A stretch of 64,000 nt of DNA from Phycisphaerales bacterium (GTDB lineage Bacteria; Planctomycetota; Phycisphaerae; WQYP01). Below, piece by piece: positions 8,964-18,694 of the stretch (the stretch's first letter is position 1; every line of letters starts with the position of its first letter). Location of the stretch: assembly GCA_013044165.1 (NCBI GenBank), contig JABEVB010000161.1, forward strand, positions 13,451 to 77,450. The letters run 5' to 3'. Both the position numbers and the translations under genes were made by a program. The notes below the pieces were generated by a model that had not been told where the DNA came from, searched no databases, and saw only the letters and a program-made list of their open reading frames with translations.

Positions 8964-10454
8964 TCATGGAGGCTCGCCGGGCCAGTGAACAGGCCCCGCA
9001 GGCACTCGCTGCGCCACCGGAGTACCAAACGCAACGTTCATGTACCAATGCAAAATGGGATGGCCCACCAGCAACACCATAATGGCCGCCATGCTAAGCC
9101 AGGGGCCATACGGCAGTACCCGAATACGATGCGACAACATGCAAACAAGTGTCCATGCGAGCGCAAAAAACGGCGCCATAAAAAACGCCAGCACCACCAG
9201 CTTGGCGCCAACAACCGCTCCAACCGCCGCCATCAGGTGCACATCACCCAAACCCATGGCCACGCGCCCCATCGCCAGCGTCCCCAATATCCGCGTGAGC
9301 CACACCAGCAGCCCACCCACCTCCAGCCCCAGCAGTGCGCCCGCAAGCCGATCAAGCCATTCCGTCGTTGGTAGCGGCAGCGGCACCAGGGCCGCGGCAA
9401 TCGCCAGCGTTACCGGCACCAATAAAAACAGCAGCTCCTTACCCGCCTCACGCCGAGCGTCCGGCGACTCGCTTTCTTGCTCAACTATTTGGGTTACAGT
9501 GTCCGCCTGTTCCCGCTGCGGCAAAACAGCCACTAAAAATATCAATATAGCTGCCAATAAAGTTGCGGCCGCCGCCCAAAGCCCGGCAAATCGCCACCAA
9601 GCAGCCGCAGCCAGCAGGAGCAAGACCCCCACTGCCGCCAAGGCCAGCTTGTTGCGCCTCGCAGATAAGTACGCAGGCGGGCCGCCCTCAACCAGGTCTG
9701 CCGCCATCGGGTTGCCTTCCGGGCCATTCGTCTTTGTCGTTGGAGGCTCCGCTCCCAGCGGTGAATGCTCGGCGTCAAAACTTCGCGGCAGCAACTTAAA
9801 ATGCAGCAGCACCAGAGAAAGCACCACCCCCAGCGCCCCACCCAATGCCATGCGCCCCCACGGACCCGCCACACTCACCTGCGGCAACATGGGTTGTCGG
9901 CCAAACACGCACCACACCAGTGCGGCCGCCATCAGCACGTTGGTAAGCACCAGCGGAATCTCAAACCAGTCGGCATCTATCGCAGACGCCGCCAGCAACA
10001 CCACCACATACAACAAATGCAGGGCCAGCGTTGGCCCGCCGTGCGCCAGGCCAACAAACCCCCGTTGCGTCAGCGCCGTGTGGTAGTACGCCAGGTACAA
10101 GCTTAAAAACATCAGCCCCGCAGCCAATTCCACCAGCGGGTATCGCAGCGAAATCGGCTCGCGGCAATGGGCACAGCGGCCACGCAGCATAAACCAGCCG
10201 ACCATGGGAATATTGTGATACGGTTTGATGCCCTGTTTGCAGTTCGGACAATGTGAGGGTGGCCAGCTCAGCGTAAGCGGCCCGCTTCGCCCGCCAAAGC
10301 TCACCGGCTGCCCACGAAATAGCAGCCGCCACGCCACCACATTAAGAAAGCTGCCGACGCAACTGCCCAGCAGAAATAAAAACAAGCCGATCAAGCTCGG
10401 TGGAAAGTCCAACGTCATGGGCGTATTAAACCCGGCAGGCCTTGGCGCGTCCAA
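8964..10454 (-). CDS. pilD: prepilin peptidase (A24 family, type IV leader peptidase/N-methyltransferase), unusually long
   Basis: N-terminal domain with Cys pairs (…SWPPSHCPNCKQGIKPYHNIPMVGWFMLRGRCAHCREPISLRYPLVEL…) and a C-terminal peptidase core (GLGDVHLMAAVGAVVG…). 496 aa, against the roughly 250-290 aa I expect for this family. Confidence 0.85.
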   Translation of the reverse strand: MDAPRPAGFNTPMTLDFPPSLIGLFLFLLGSCVGSFLNVVAWRLLFRGQPVSFGGRSGPLTLSWPPSHCPNCKQGIKPYHNIPMVGWFMLRGRCAHCREPISLRYPLVELAAGLMFLSLYLAYYHTALTQRGFVGLAHGGPTLALHLLYVVVLLAASAIDADWFEIPLVLTNVLMAAALVWCVFGRQPMLPQVSVAGPWGRMALGGALGVVLSLVLLHFKLLPRSFDAEHSPLGAEPPTTKTNGPEGNPMAADLVEGGPPAYLSARRNKLALAAVGVLLLLAAAAWWRFAGLWAAAATLLAAILIFLVAVLPQREQADTVTQIVEQESESPDARREAGKELLFLLVPVTLAIAAALVPLPLPTTEWLDRLAGALLGLEVGGLLVWLTRILGTLAMGRVAMGLGDVHLMAAVGAVVGAKLVVLAFFMAPFFALAWTLVCMLSHRIRVLPYGPWLSMAAIMVLLVGHPILHWYMNVAFGTPVAQRVPAGPVHWPGEPP

Positions 10455-10588
10455 CGCTCATGCGCATCCTGGGGCAATTACCGCCTCAAACCGCGCGTTT
10501 TTAGCTCACGCAGACAAGCGGACCTGCCGCCCTCGTCGGCGAACCGGCTTTTCGAAATCGCTTGATATTTTTTCGCCCGGGCCAAGAG

Positions 10589-10617
10589 TTGACCAAACCG
10601 CCAAAATATTGATAATA
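10589..10617 (+). promoter_or_regulatory. sigma70-like promoter candidate for the cimA leader
   Basis: TTGACC, then 16-17 nt, then GATAAT/ATAATA. It lies about 300 nt upstream of the cimA ATG. Confidence 0.4.
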
Positions 10618-10790
10618 AAACTCAGTTTATGAGGTGTTTTGTGCGGACAACTATAGTCAACCCTGTGTTGCCTGTATGGCCTGGTCGCGGTGCGACTCTG
10701 GCCGCTGTCCGCGCTGGCATTATAGCGGCGCCAACCATAACACCCGCCTTAATTGGTTAGGACACCTGCCGCTGAAACATTCGCCCAGTT

Positions 10791-10820
10791 GCCCTGCCGA
10801 TGGCGGGGCATTTTTGTTTA
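10791..10820 (+). terminator. intrinsic terminator-like hairpin inside the cimA 5' leader (candidate attenuator)
   Basis: GCCCTGCC-gat-GGCGGGGC (8 bp including one G-U pair) followed by ATTTTTGTTT. It lies 94 nt upstream of the cimA start. Confidence 0.5.
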
Positions 10821-10913
10821 GGCTGCCCGCAGCGCCGCTCCTCTAACCAAGCGGCATCGCAGGCCGAGCCTTATGGCGGAACCTCTACTTTACTTAGCAA
10901 CAAGGTGACAACC

Positions 10914-12533
10914 ATGAACCAGTCCAATCGCTATGTGCAAATGTACGATACCACCCTGCGCGATGGCAGCCAGGGCGAGGGAATATCCTTTTCAGTACAA
11001 GATAAGCTCCTCATCGCCCGCCGACTCGATGATCTCGGCGTAGATTTTATCGAGGGCGGCTACCCGCTCTCCAATCCCAAAGACGCCCAATTTTTTCAGG
11101 ATGCGAGCCAGCTCAACCTGCAGCACGCCAAACTCGTCGCCTTCGGCATGACGCGACGCAAAGCCATTGCCGCCAAAGATGATGTCGGCCTTAACGCCCT
11201 GCGCGACGCCCACACCGAATATGTAACCATTGTCGGCAAAACCTGGGACCTCCACGCCACCGAGGTTCTCGGCGTCTCGCTGCAAGAAAACCTCGACATG
11301 ATTTTCGACAGCGTCCGCTACCTCACACAGCTTGGCTGCAAAGTCATTTATGATGCGGAGCATTTTTTTGATGGCTCACGGGCCAACCTCGCCTATGGCC
11401 TCAAAACCATCAAAGCCGCCGACGACGCGGGCGCTGTGCTCGTTTGCCTTTGCGACACCAACGGCGGATCGCTGCCGGAGCAGGTGGCCGAACTGGTGCG
11501 GCAGGCCAAAGATGCTGTTTCTTGCCCGGTGGGCATACACACCCACAACGACAGCGGCCTCGCCGTCGCCAACTCACTCGCCGCCGTCGAAGCCGGCGCT
11601 GCCCAGGTGCAGGGAACCATCAATGGCTTTGGCGAACGCTGCGGCAATGTAGACATCACAACGGTCATCGCCAACCTGCGGCTCAAAATGGGATACGAAT
11701 GTTTGCCGCCCGATGCCCTGGCCAAACTCACCGAGGTTTCGCGTTACGTTTACGAGGTGGCCAACATCAACCTTGCCAACAACCAGCCCTTTGTTGGCAT
11801 GAGCGCCTTTGCCCATAAGGGCGGCATGCACGTGCATGCGGTCAACAAGCTCGCAAGCACCTACGAACACATAAACCCGGAACTCGTCGGCAATTCCCGG
11901 CGAATATTGGTATCGGAACTCTCGGGCATGTCGAACATCGCCGCACGCATGGGCAAAAAATTCAACATCGAGCACAACCGCGCAGCCCTTAAGCAAACAC
12001 TCGACGAGCTGACCGCTCTCGAAGCCCAAGGCTATCAGTTTGAAGCCGCCGAAGCATCCTTTGAATTGCTGCTGCGACGGCAAATTGGACGCTACCGCCA
12101 ATTTTTTGACCTCGCCAGCTACAATTGCCGGGTTGAACGCAAGGCCGATGGCCCTGCCGTTACCACCGCCGATGTCGCCATCACCATCGCCGGCACGCAG
12201 GTAAAATCGTCCGCCACCGGCGACGGCCCCATCAACGCACTCGATGCCGCCCTGCGCCAGGCGCTTGTGCCGCGATTCCCGGCGGTTGCCCAATTGCACC
12301 TTGTGGATTACAAGGTACGCGTGGTAAACGCGCGGGCCGAATCGGCGGCAAAGGTTCGCGTTGTAGTGGAGTTTAAGTCGCCGGAAGGTGTTTTTGGAAC
12401 CGTAGGTGTCTCAGAAAACATCATCGAGGCCAGTTGGCAGGCGTTGGTTGACGCCCTCGAATACCGACTGATTCACGATGCCGAAGACCGTGAACTGCCC
12501 AACAACGCCCTTGCTGCCGCCCCCGCGCCATAG
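10914..12533 (+). CDS. cimA: citramalate synthase (LeuA/CimA family)
   Basis: MNQSNRYVQMYDTTLRDGSQGEGISFSVQDKLLIARRLDDLGVDFIEGGYPLSNPKDAQFF…HTHND…, plus a LeuA-dimer-type C-terminal domain. ATG 10914 lies inside ORF 10800..12533. Confidence 0.88.
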   Translation: MNQSNRYVQMYDTTLRDGSQGEGISFSVQDKLLIARRLDDLGVDFIEGGYPLSNPKDAQFFQDASQLNLQHAKLVAFGMTRRKAIAAKDDVGLNALRDAHTEYVTIVGKTWDLHATEVLGVSLQENLDMIFDSVRYLTQLGCKVIYDAEHFFDGSRANLAYGLKTIKAADDAGAVLVCLCDTNGGSLPEQVAELVRQAKDAVSCPVGIHTHNDSGLAVANSLAAVEAGAAQVQGTINGFGERCGNVDITTVIANLRLKMGYECLPPDALAKLTEVSRYVYEVANINLANNQPFVGMSAFAHKGGMHVHAVNKLASTYEHINPELVGNSRRILVSELSGMSNIAARMGKKFNIEHNRAALKQTLDELTALEAQGYQFEAAEASFELLLRRQIGRYRQFFDLASYNCRVERKADGPAVTTADVAITIAGTQVKSSATGDGPINALDAALRQALVPRFPAVAQLHLVDYKVRVVNARAESAAKVRVVVEFKSPEGVFGTVGVSENIIEASWQALVDALEYRLIHDAEDRELPNNALAAAPAP

Positions 12534-12633
12534 CACCGATGCGGCAACCTGCGACCCGATACCGCCACCGCGGGTCGCGCCGCCATCGGCCCGAACGCGG
12601 CCGCTCCCATGACTATGTTTTTACGAGGAAACC

Positions 12634-15543
12634 GTGAGTTCAGAACTCGCCCCGCAATACGACCCAAAACAGGTAGAAGCCGCCATTTATGCCCGTTGGC
12701 AAAGCGCCGAGGCTTTTCATGCCAAGCCCGACGACCGCCCGCCGCAGCGCCGTTTCAGCGTCGTTATTCCTCCCCCCAACGTCACTGGTGCTCTCCATTT
12801 GGGCCATGCCATCAACGGCACCATTCAAGATGTGCTTGTCCGCTATCATCGTATGCACGGCGATAACACGCTCTGGATGCCCGGCATAGATCACGCCGGC
12901 ATTGCCACCCAGGCCGTGGTTGAAAAAACCATCTTCGAAAAAGAAAAGAAATCGCGCCACGACCTCGGCCGCGAAGAACTCGTAAGCCGCATCTGGCAAT
13001 GGAAAGAGCAGTTCGGCAATCGCATCCTTAACCAGCTTCAATCCATCGGTGTTTCATGCGATTGGTCCCGCTCTCGCTTTACACTTGATGACCTGTGCGC
13101 CCGAGCCGTTCGCGAGGCCTTTTTTAAGCTCTTTAAGGGCGGCCTGATTTTTCGCGGCCTCCGGCTGGTAAACTGGGACACCCACCTGCAAACCGCCGTC
13201 GCCGATGACGAAATTTACCACGAAACAGTCAAAGGCCAGCTCACCAGCATCAAATACCCCGTGGTAGACCGCCAACAAGGTGATCCCGAATATCTAATTG
13301 TCGCCACCACCCGGCCCGAAACCATGCTCGGCGACACCGCCGTCGCCGTACACCCCGAAGATGAGCGCTACAAACATCTGATAGGTCGTCAGGTTGAAGT
13401 GCCGCTGGTCGGACGCAAGATCCCAATCATCGGCGATGGCCTTTTGGTAGACCCCAAGTTTGGTACCGGCGTCGTCAAGGTAACGCCCGCCCACGACCCC
13501 AACGACTACGCCACTGGCCAGCGCCACAATTTGCCGCAGATTAACCTGCTCACATCCGATGGCCGAGTCAACAGCAATGGCCAGGGAACATTTGGCAATC
13601 GTGCGTTTAGCTACCAAGGCCTGAAGTTTGCCTCCGAGGCCCGCAAACGTGTATCAGAAGACCTTGAAGCCCTTGGCCTTATTGCCGAAGTCAAACCCCA
13701 CGAACACGAAGTAGGCCACAGCGACCGCAGCAAAACGCCCATCGAGCCGTACCTGAGCGAACAATGGTTTGTGCGCATGGGCGACGTGCCCGGCGGCATC
13801 ACACTGGCCGACGATTCCAAAGCCAGCGGCCTCGCACAGGCTGCCATTGACGCCGTGACCAGCGGCCGCGTTAAAATCACGCCTGAACGCTATGCCAAAA
13901 GCTATATAGACTGGCTCTCGCAAAAGCGTGACTGGTGCATCAGCCGCCAGTTGTGGTGGGGCCATCGGATACCGGTGTGGCGGTATGGCCAGCCGGGCCA
14001 ATCGACAATCGTTGAACAGATGAAGTCGTACCTCACAAGCCACGACGTCAAATTGGATAACGACCTGTTGCTCCGCGGCGACGCTGGCGCAATGCAACTC
14101 ATCGCGGTAACGCGCACCCAGGCAGCGGAACAATCCATGGATGCTTTGGAGGCGACCGGCCTTCTCGCACCAATTTCGCAGCCAACCGGAGGCCGCGACC
14201 CCGATGTCCTCGACACCTGGTTTTCTTCCGCGCTCTGGCCCCTCTCAACACTCGGCTGGCCCGCTGGCGGCACAAGCGATCAGCCGCAGGATCAGCTCCT
14301 CAATTATTTTTACCCCACGAGCGTACTGTCCACCGCCCGCGAAATTCTCTCGCTCTGGGTAGCACGCATGGTTATGTTCGGCCTCTACCTTCATGGCGAT
14401 GTCCCGTTTAAGCAGGTTTATATTCATGCCGTCATTCAGGATGGCAACGGCCGACCCATGAAAAAATCGCTCGGCAACGGCGTAGACCCGGTAGACATCG
14501 TCGAAAGCCACGGTGCCGACGCCCTCCGCTACACGCTCGCCAGCATGGCCACCGAAACTCAGGATATCCGCCTGCCGGTCGTCAAAGACAAAACCACCGG
14601 CAAAAACTCCAGTCCTCGTTTTGACATCGGCCGCAACTTCGCCAACAAAATATGGAATGCCTCACGCTTCATTCTCTCCAGCATCACCGATTTAACGCCC
14701 CCCACCGCCGCCCAGGTTCAGGCCATTGCCAAAAGCGGCGAACTCAGCGACCGCTGGATCATCAGCCGCTGCAACCAAACCGCCGCCGCCAGCGCCAAAC
14801 TCATCGGCGAGTTTAAGTTTGCCGAACTCACGGCCGGGCTGTACCAGTTTTTCTGGAATGATCTGTGCGACTGGTACCTCGAAATTGCCAAAGCCCGCAT
14901 CAAAGACCAAAACCCCCAGGTGCGCATTGTGCTGCTGTTTGTGCTTCGTCAGGCGCTGGCAATGCTGCATCCGGTCATGCCCTTTGTCACCGAAGCCCTC
15001 TGGGAAAAAGTTGCACCCGACGCCGGTATGTTAATTACCAGCCCCTACCCGCAGGCAAACTCCCTGCTCGACAACCCCGCCGCAGAAGCCGACATGCGCC
15101 ACCTGCAGGATGTCGTACGCAGCATTCGCGACATTCGCAATCAATACAACATTGACCTCAAACGCCAACTTGCCGTTACCGTGCAAACCGCCGACGCGGC
15201 TGGCGGCATCATCAGCGACAATCGCCGGCTTATTGAAGCGCTCGCCACCGCCACCCTTGCCGACATCGGCCCCGCGGTTAAAAAGCCCGCCAACGCCGCA
15301 TCGGCTATTCTGCCCCAGGCGCAGGTGTTTGTGGCCGATGTGGTGGACCGCGATGCCGAAAAGTTAAAACTGCTTAAACGCCGGGACGAACTGAATAAAT
15401 TTTTGGCCGCTAACCGCGCCAAACTCTCCAACGAAACTTTTGTGAGCAAAGCCCCGGCTCATATCGTACAGGGGCTTAAGGATCAAACCACCCAGCAGGA
15501 GCACGAACTCCTCGCCGTAGAAAAAGGCCTTGCCGAGTTATGA
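12634..15543 (+). CDS. valS: valine--tRNA ligase
   Basis: 969 aa with a GTG start. It has the class I HIGH motif (PPPNVTGALHLGHA), the KMSKS-like MKKSLGN and a C-terminal coiled coil. Confidence 0.97.
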   Translation: MSSELAPQYDPKQVEAAIYARWQSAEAFHAKPDDRPPQRRFSVVIPPPNVTGALHLGHAINGTIQDVLVRYHRMHGDNTLWMPGIDHAGIATQAVVEKTIFEKEKKSRHDLGREELVSRIWQWKEQFGNRILNQLQSIGVSCDWSRSRFTLDDLCARAVREAFFKLFKGGLIFRGLRLVNWDTHLQTAVADDEIYHETVKGQLTSIKYPVVDRQQGDPEYLIVATTRPETMLGDTAVAVHPEDERYKHLIGRQVEVPLVGRKIPIIGDGLLVDPKFGTGVVKVTPAHDPNDYATGQRHNLPQINLLTSDGRVNSNGQGTFGNRAFSYQGLKFASEARKRVSEDLEALGLIAEVKPHEHEVGHSDRSKTPIEPYLSEQWFVRMGDVPGGITLADDSKASGLAQAAIDAVTSGRVKITPERYAKSYIDWLSQKRDWCISRQLWWGHRIPVWRYGQPGQSTIVEQMKSYLTSHDVKLDNDLLLRGDAGAMQLIAVTRTQAAEQSMDALEATGLLAPISQPTGGRDPDVLDTWFSSALWPLSTLGWPAGGTSDQPQDQLLNYFYPTSVLSTAREILSLWVARMVMFGLYLHGDVPFKQVYIHAVIQDGNGRPMKKSLGNGVDPVDIVESHGADALRYTLASMATETQDIRLPVVKDKTTGKNSSPRFDIGRNFANKIWNASRFILSSITDLTPPTAAQVQAIAKSGELSDRWIISRCNQTAAASAKLIGEFKFAELTAGLYQFFWNDLCDWYLEIAKARIKDQNPQVRIVLLFVLRQALAMLHPVMPFVTEALWEKVAPDAGMLITSPYPQANSLLDNPAAEADMRHLQDVVRSIRDIRNQYNIDLKRQLAVTVQTADAAGGIISDNRRLIEALATATLADIGPAVKKPANAASAILPQAQVFVADVVDRDAEKLKLLKRRDELNKFLAANRAKLSNETFVSKAPAHIVQGLKDQTTQQEHELLAVEKGLAEL

Positions 15544-15600
15544 TGCCCTTTGTTGCGGGCACCGCGGCAAGCCCCATACGATGCTTTTTTTGGAGCCATC

Positions 15601-16728
15601 ATGCGCGATCAACGGTTAGATAAACTCGCTTCGGTATTGGTAAATTATTCCGCCGGCGTTAAGCCCGGCGACCTCGTTCGCATTTCCGGCGAAGCCGTCG
15701 GCCTGCCGCTCGCTGAGGCCATTTACGAGCATGTACTTGTCGCCGGCGGCAACCCCTTCGTCAGCCTGCTCTCCGACGCCATGGAAGAGGCCTTTTATCG
15801 TGTCGCCAGCCAGCAGCAGCTTGAATATGTCTCGCCCATCAGCCAGTTTATTGTTGAAAACATCAATGTCTCCATTGGCCTCTGGGCCGACGAAAACACC
15901 AAAAGCATGACGCATGTAGACCCCAAAAAACAGGCCGCCGCCGCCCAGGCCCGCAAACCCATTAGCCGACGATTCTTAGAGCGGGCCGCTAAAGGCGAGC
16001 TGCGCTGGGTTGGTACGCAATTCCCCACCCAGGCCAGCGCCCAGGATGCCGAAATGTCCCTGCGCGAATATGAAGACTTCGTCTTTAGCGGCGGCCTCCT
16101 GCATCTCCCCGACCCCGTCGCCGCATGGAAGCGCATCAGCGAAACCCAGCAGCGACTCGTAGACTTTTTGGACCACGCCAAAGAGGTGCGCGTCGTCGGC
16201 CGCGACACCGACCTGCGCCTCGGAGTGCAGGGCCGCAAATGGATCAACTGCTGCGGTCACGAAAACTTCCCCGATGGCGAAGTATTCACCGGCCCCATCG
16301 AAGATGCCGTCAATGGCCGCATCCGCTACAGCTTTCCGGCGGTGCACCATGGCCGCGAGTGTCATGATATTGAACTGGTCTTTAAAAATGGCAAAGTCGT
16401 TGATGCCAAGGCAAGCAAAGGCCAAGACTTTCTGCTCGCCATGATTGAACAAGATGTCGGCGCCAAAACGCTCGGCGAGTTTGCCATCGGCACCAATTTC
16501 TCCATTCAGCAGTACACCAAAAACACCCTCTTTGACGAAAAAATCGGCGGCACCTGCCACGCGGCACTCGGCGCTGCCTACCCCGAAACCGGCGGAAAAA
16601 ACGACAGCGGCCTCCACTGGGACATGGTTTGCGACCTTCGCCACCCCGGCTGCCGTATAGAAGTGGACGGCCAAACCATTCTCGAAGCTGGCCGCTTTGT
16701 GCGGCCCGAATGGCCCAAGCCCGACTGA
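15601..16728 (+). CDS. aminopeptidase, M29 (AmpS/PepS/aminopeptidase T) family
   Basis: MRDQRLDKLASVLVNYSAGVKPGDLVRISGE…ENFPDGEVFTGP…FDEKIGGTCHAALG. ATG 15601 lies inside ORF 15550..16728. Confidence 0.85.
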   Translation: MRDQRLDKLASVLVNYSAGVKPGDLVRISGEAVGLPLAEAIYEHVLVAGGNPFVSLLSDAMEEAFYRVASQQQLEYVSPISQFIVENINVSIGLWADENTKSMTHVDPKKQAAAAQARKPISRRFLERAAKGELRWVGTQFPTQASAQDAEMSLREYEDFVFSGGLLHLPDPVAAWKRISETQQRLVDFLDHAKEVRVVGRDTDLRLGVQGRKWINCCGHENFPDGEVFTGPIEDAVNGRIRYSFPAVHHGRECHDIELVFKNGKVVDAKASKGQDFLLAMIEQDVGAKTLGEFAIGTNFSIQQYTKNTLFDEKIGGTCHAALGAAYPETGGKNDSGLHWDMVCDLRHPGCRIEVDGQTILEAGRFVRPEWPKPD

Positions 16729-16792
16729 CAACGCCTCAGCCGCCGCAAACTCGGCGCCGGCAGCCATCCTTAACCTTGTGGAGATACCACGC

Positions 16793-17782
16793 GTGAAACA
16801 CCGCCCCCTTGCCCTGCTCCTGCTTTTAACCGCCAGCCTGCTTATCGCCGGTTGCCATCGTCACGCCACCGCCCCAGCGGCCCTCGTGCACACGATGAAT
16901 ATTTCCGCCGTTAAACACCCCATCACCAACCCCAAAAGGTTTGTGCGCGTCACCACAACTCCCGACGGCTTGGTGCTGCAGGATGTTGCCATCGGCAGCG
17001 GCCCCAAACCAAAACCCGGCGACTTAATCTCGCTGAGTTATGTGGGTTGGCTGGCCAGCGGCAAAGAGTTTGACTCTTCCACCACCGAAAAACAGCCCCT
17101 GGTTTTCACCCTCGGCGAAGGCGATATTCTCGCCGGGCTTAATCAGGCTGTTAGCGGCATGCGACTCAATGGCGTAAGGCAAATCATCATTCCAGCGCAA
17201 CTGGCCTACGGCAAAAAAGGCGATCCAAAATCAGGCATTCCAGCCAATGCCCAGCTTACCTTTCTGGTTCACTTGCTGTCCGTAACTCCGGCGCTTGCCG
17301 CCGTGGGCCATGTCGCCGGCTTTACCGATGTGCCCACCACCAAAGGACTGCGTTCTTTTGTCATGGGCAATCAGCCCTTGGCCAATCTCAACCCAACGCA
17401 GGCCGGCCCCGTCACCGATCCCAAAAAGTTTGTTGATGTTCAAAAGAGGCCCGACGGCCTGATTATTCAAGACCTTGTCGTCGGCAAAGGCCCGTTGGTG
17501 CTCCAGGGCGATCTGGTAACCGCCAACTACGTAGGCTGGTTGTCTACCGGGCAGATGTTCGATTCATCAGCCAAGCATCATACGCCGCTGGTGTTTAAGC
17601 TCGGCGGCCACAGCGTGATCGAAGGTTGGGAACAGGGCGTGGCGGGCATGCACGTCGGTGGCATCCGCCAGTTGATTATTCCGCCGGCACTCGCCTACGG
17701 CGCCGCCGGCGCTCCCATGGCAGGCATCGGCCCCAACGCCACCCTCACCTTTCGCCTGCATGTGCTCTCGGCGCAGCATTAA
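16793..17782 (+). CDS. lipoprotein with two tandem FKBP-type peptidyl-prolyl isomerase domains
   Basis: GTG 16793 follows GGAG. Lipobox LLIAGC. Two copies of the FKBP pattern (…GDLISLSYVGWLASGKEFDSS… and …GDLVTANYVGWLSTGQMFDSS…IPPALAYG). Confidence 0.85.
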   Translation: MKHRPLALLLLLTASLLIAGCHRHATAPAALVHTMNISAVKHPITNPKRFVRVTTTPDGLVLQDVAIGSGPKPKPGDLISLSYVGWLASGKEFDSSTTEKQPLVFTLGEGDILAGLNQAVSGMRLNGVRQIIIPAQLAYGKKGDPKSGIPANAQLTFLVHLLSVTPALAAVGHVAGFTDVPTTKGLRSFVMGNQPLANLNPTQAGPVTDPKKFVDVQKRPDGLIIQDLVVGKGPLVLQGDLVTANYVGWLSTGQMFDSSAKHHTPLVFKLGGHSVIEGWEQGVAGMHVGGIRQLIIPPALAYGAAGAPMAGIGPNATLTFRLHVLSAQH

Positions 17783-17818
17783 AATCCGCCACAACGCGGC
17801 AACGCCCGCCGAGTTCTC

Positions 17819-18103
17819 ATGCACGCGGAAACAGCGCAGCCCCGGCCTCCCAGCCCCGACATGATTGCCGGTGTGCCCCCGTCGTCGTCTCCGCTCGCTC
17901 TGGGCGAACTTGTCGCCTCGCTGGGCGAAGATTTTTTTGACGCCGACATCGAGGCGACTAACGGGTCAAAGCTTGGCGCTCCCAACCGAAAAATCATGCC
18001 CTTTGCAAAAGCCAACGGCCTGCAGCGCTTGCAGACCGCTTGTTACGGCGACCAAACTCGTCTTGTAAAAAGCCGGCTGCCCGCTCACCCCGGCCATGTT
18101 TGA
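17819..18103 (+). CDS. hypothetical protein (weak call)
   Basis: 94-aa ORF filling the convergent gap. It has GC-rich third positions but no recognisable domain. Its 3' end overlaps the next gene by 19 nt. Confidence 0.25.
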   Translation: MHAETAQPRPPSPDMIAGVPPSSSPLALGELVASLGEDFFDADIEATNGSKLGAPNRKIMPFAKANGLQRLQTACYGDQTRLVKSRLPAHPGHV

Positions 18104-18672
18104 AATTGCTGCAATATCTCCGGCAAGCGCTTGATGCCGCGCTTTTTCGCAAGGTGTACATAATGGTACATGCTGCGACGATAGTGCCGCTCGACGCGAT
18201 GATCTACCGCGATGTCCCAGCGTCGCATTTCATTAAAGGCCCATTGCCAGACATGATATTCTTCGAGGCACCGAGGCCTGAACTTGCGAAAGCCTATCGC
18301 ATGGTGCCCCACTTCGTGCATAAAAATGCACGCGCTCACCGGCGAACGCGGCTTGGGGGATGAAATCATTCGCTTCACCTCGCCGTTGCTGTAGTGCAAC
18401 TCATACGCCACACCGCGCATCGAGCTGCGCCATTTACGAATAGATATCTGGTAGCGATCCTTCATGGTCGCCACAAGCTCATCATAAAACGCCCGATGAT
18501 TCCGCGACATCGGCCGCCGCACCGTGCGGCGAGCCCGCACCGCCGCTTTGGTTCTTATCGCGCCGGCCACCGGCAGCAGCAACCGCGATTCTATAGATGT
18601 TATTTCAACACCAGGCTGGTTTAACTCGGCTTGAGACATAAACAACCCTGACTCCGCCACAAATAACACCAT
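18085..18672 (-). CDS. hypothetical HExxH-motif protein (putative small zinc metallopeptidase, SprT/DUF45-like layout)
   Basis: 195 aa. …IRKWRSSMRGVAYELHYSNGEVKRMISSPKPRSPVSACIFMHEVGHHAIG…. It starts 22 nt downstream of the DUF255 gene on the same strand. Confidence 0.55.
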   Translation of the reverse strand: MVLFVAESGLFMSQAELNQPGVEITSIESRLLLPVAGAIRTKAAVRARRTVRRPMSRNHRAFYDELVATMKDRYQISIRKWRSSMRGVAYELHYSNGEVKRMISSPKPRSPVSACIFMHEVGHHAIGFRKFRPRCLEEYHVWQWAFNEMRRWDIAVDHRVERHYRRSMYHYVHLAKKRGIKRLPEILQQFQTWPG

Positions 18673-18694
18673 TTATTATCGGCTTAACACGATG

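Noticed and set aside
8701-8988. 95-aa plus-strand ORF between tRNA-His and the pilD-like gene
   Set aside because: It starts immediately at the tRNA boundary. Its sequence is low-complexity and Pro/Ala-rich, and it contains the 15-bp tandem duplication. It is most likely non-coding.
10800-10913. ATG 10800 as the cimA start (the ORF-track start)
   Set aside because: That ATG lies inside the terminator-like hairpin. The conserved CimA N-terminus (MNQSNRYVQMYDTTLRDGSQ) begins at ATG 10914.
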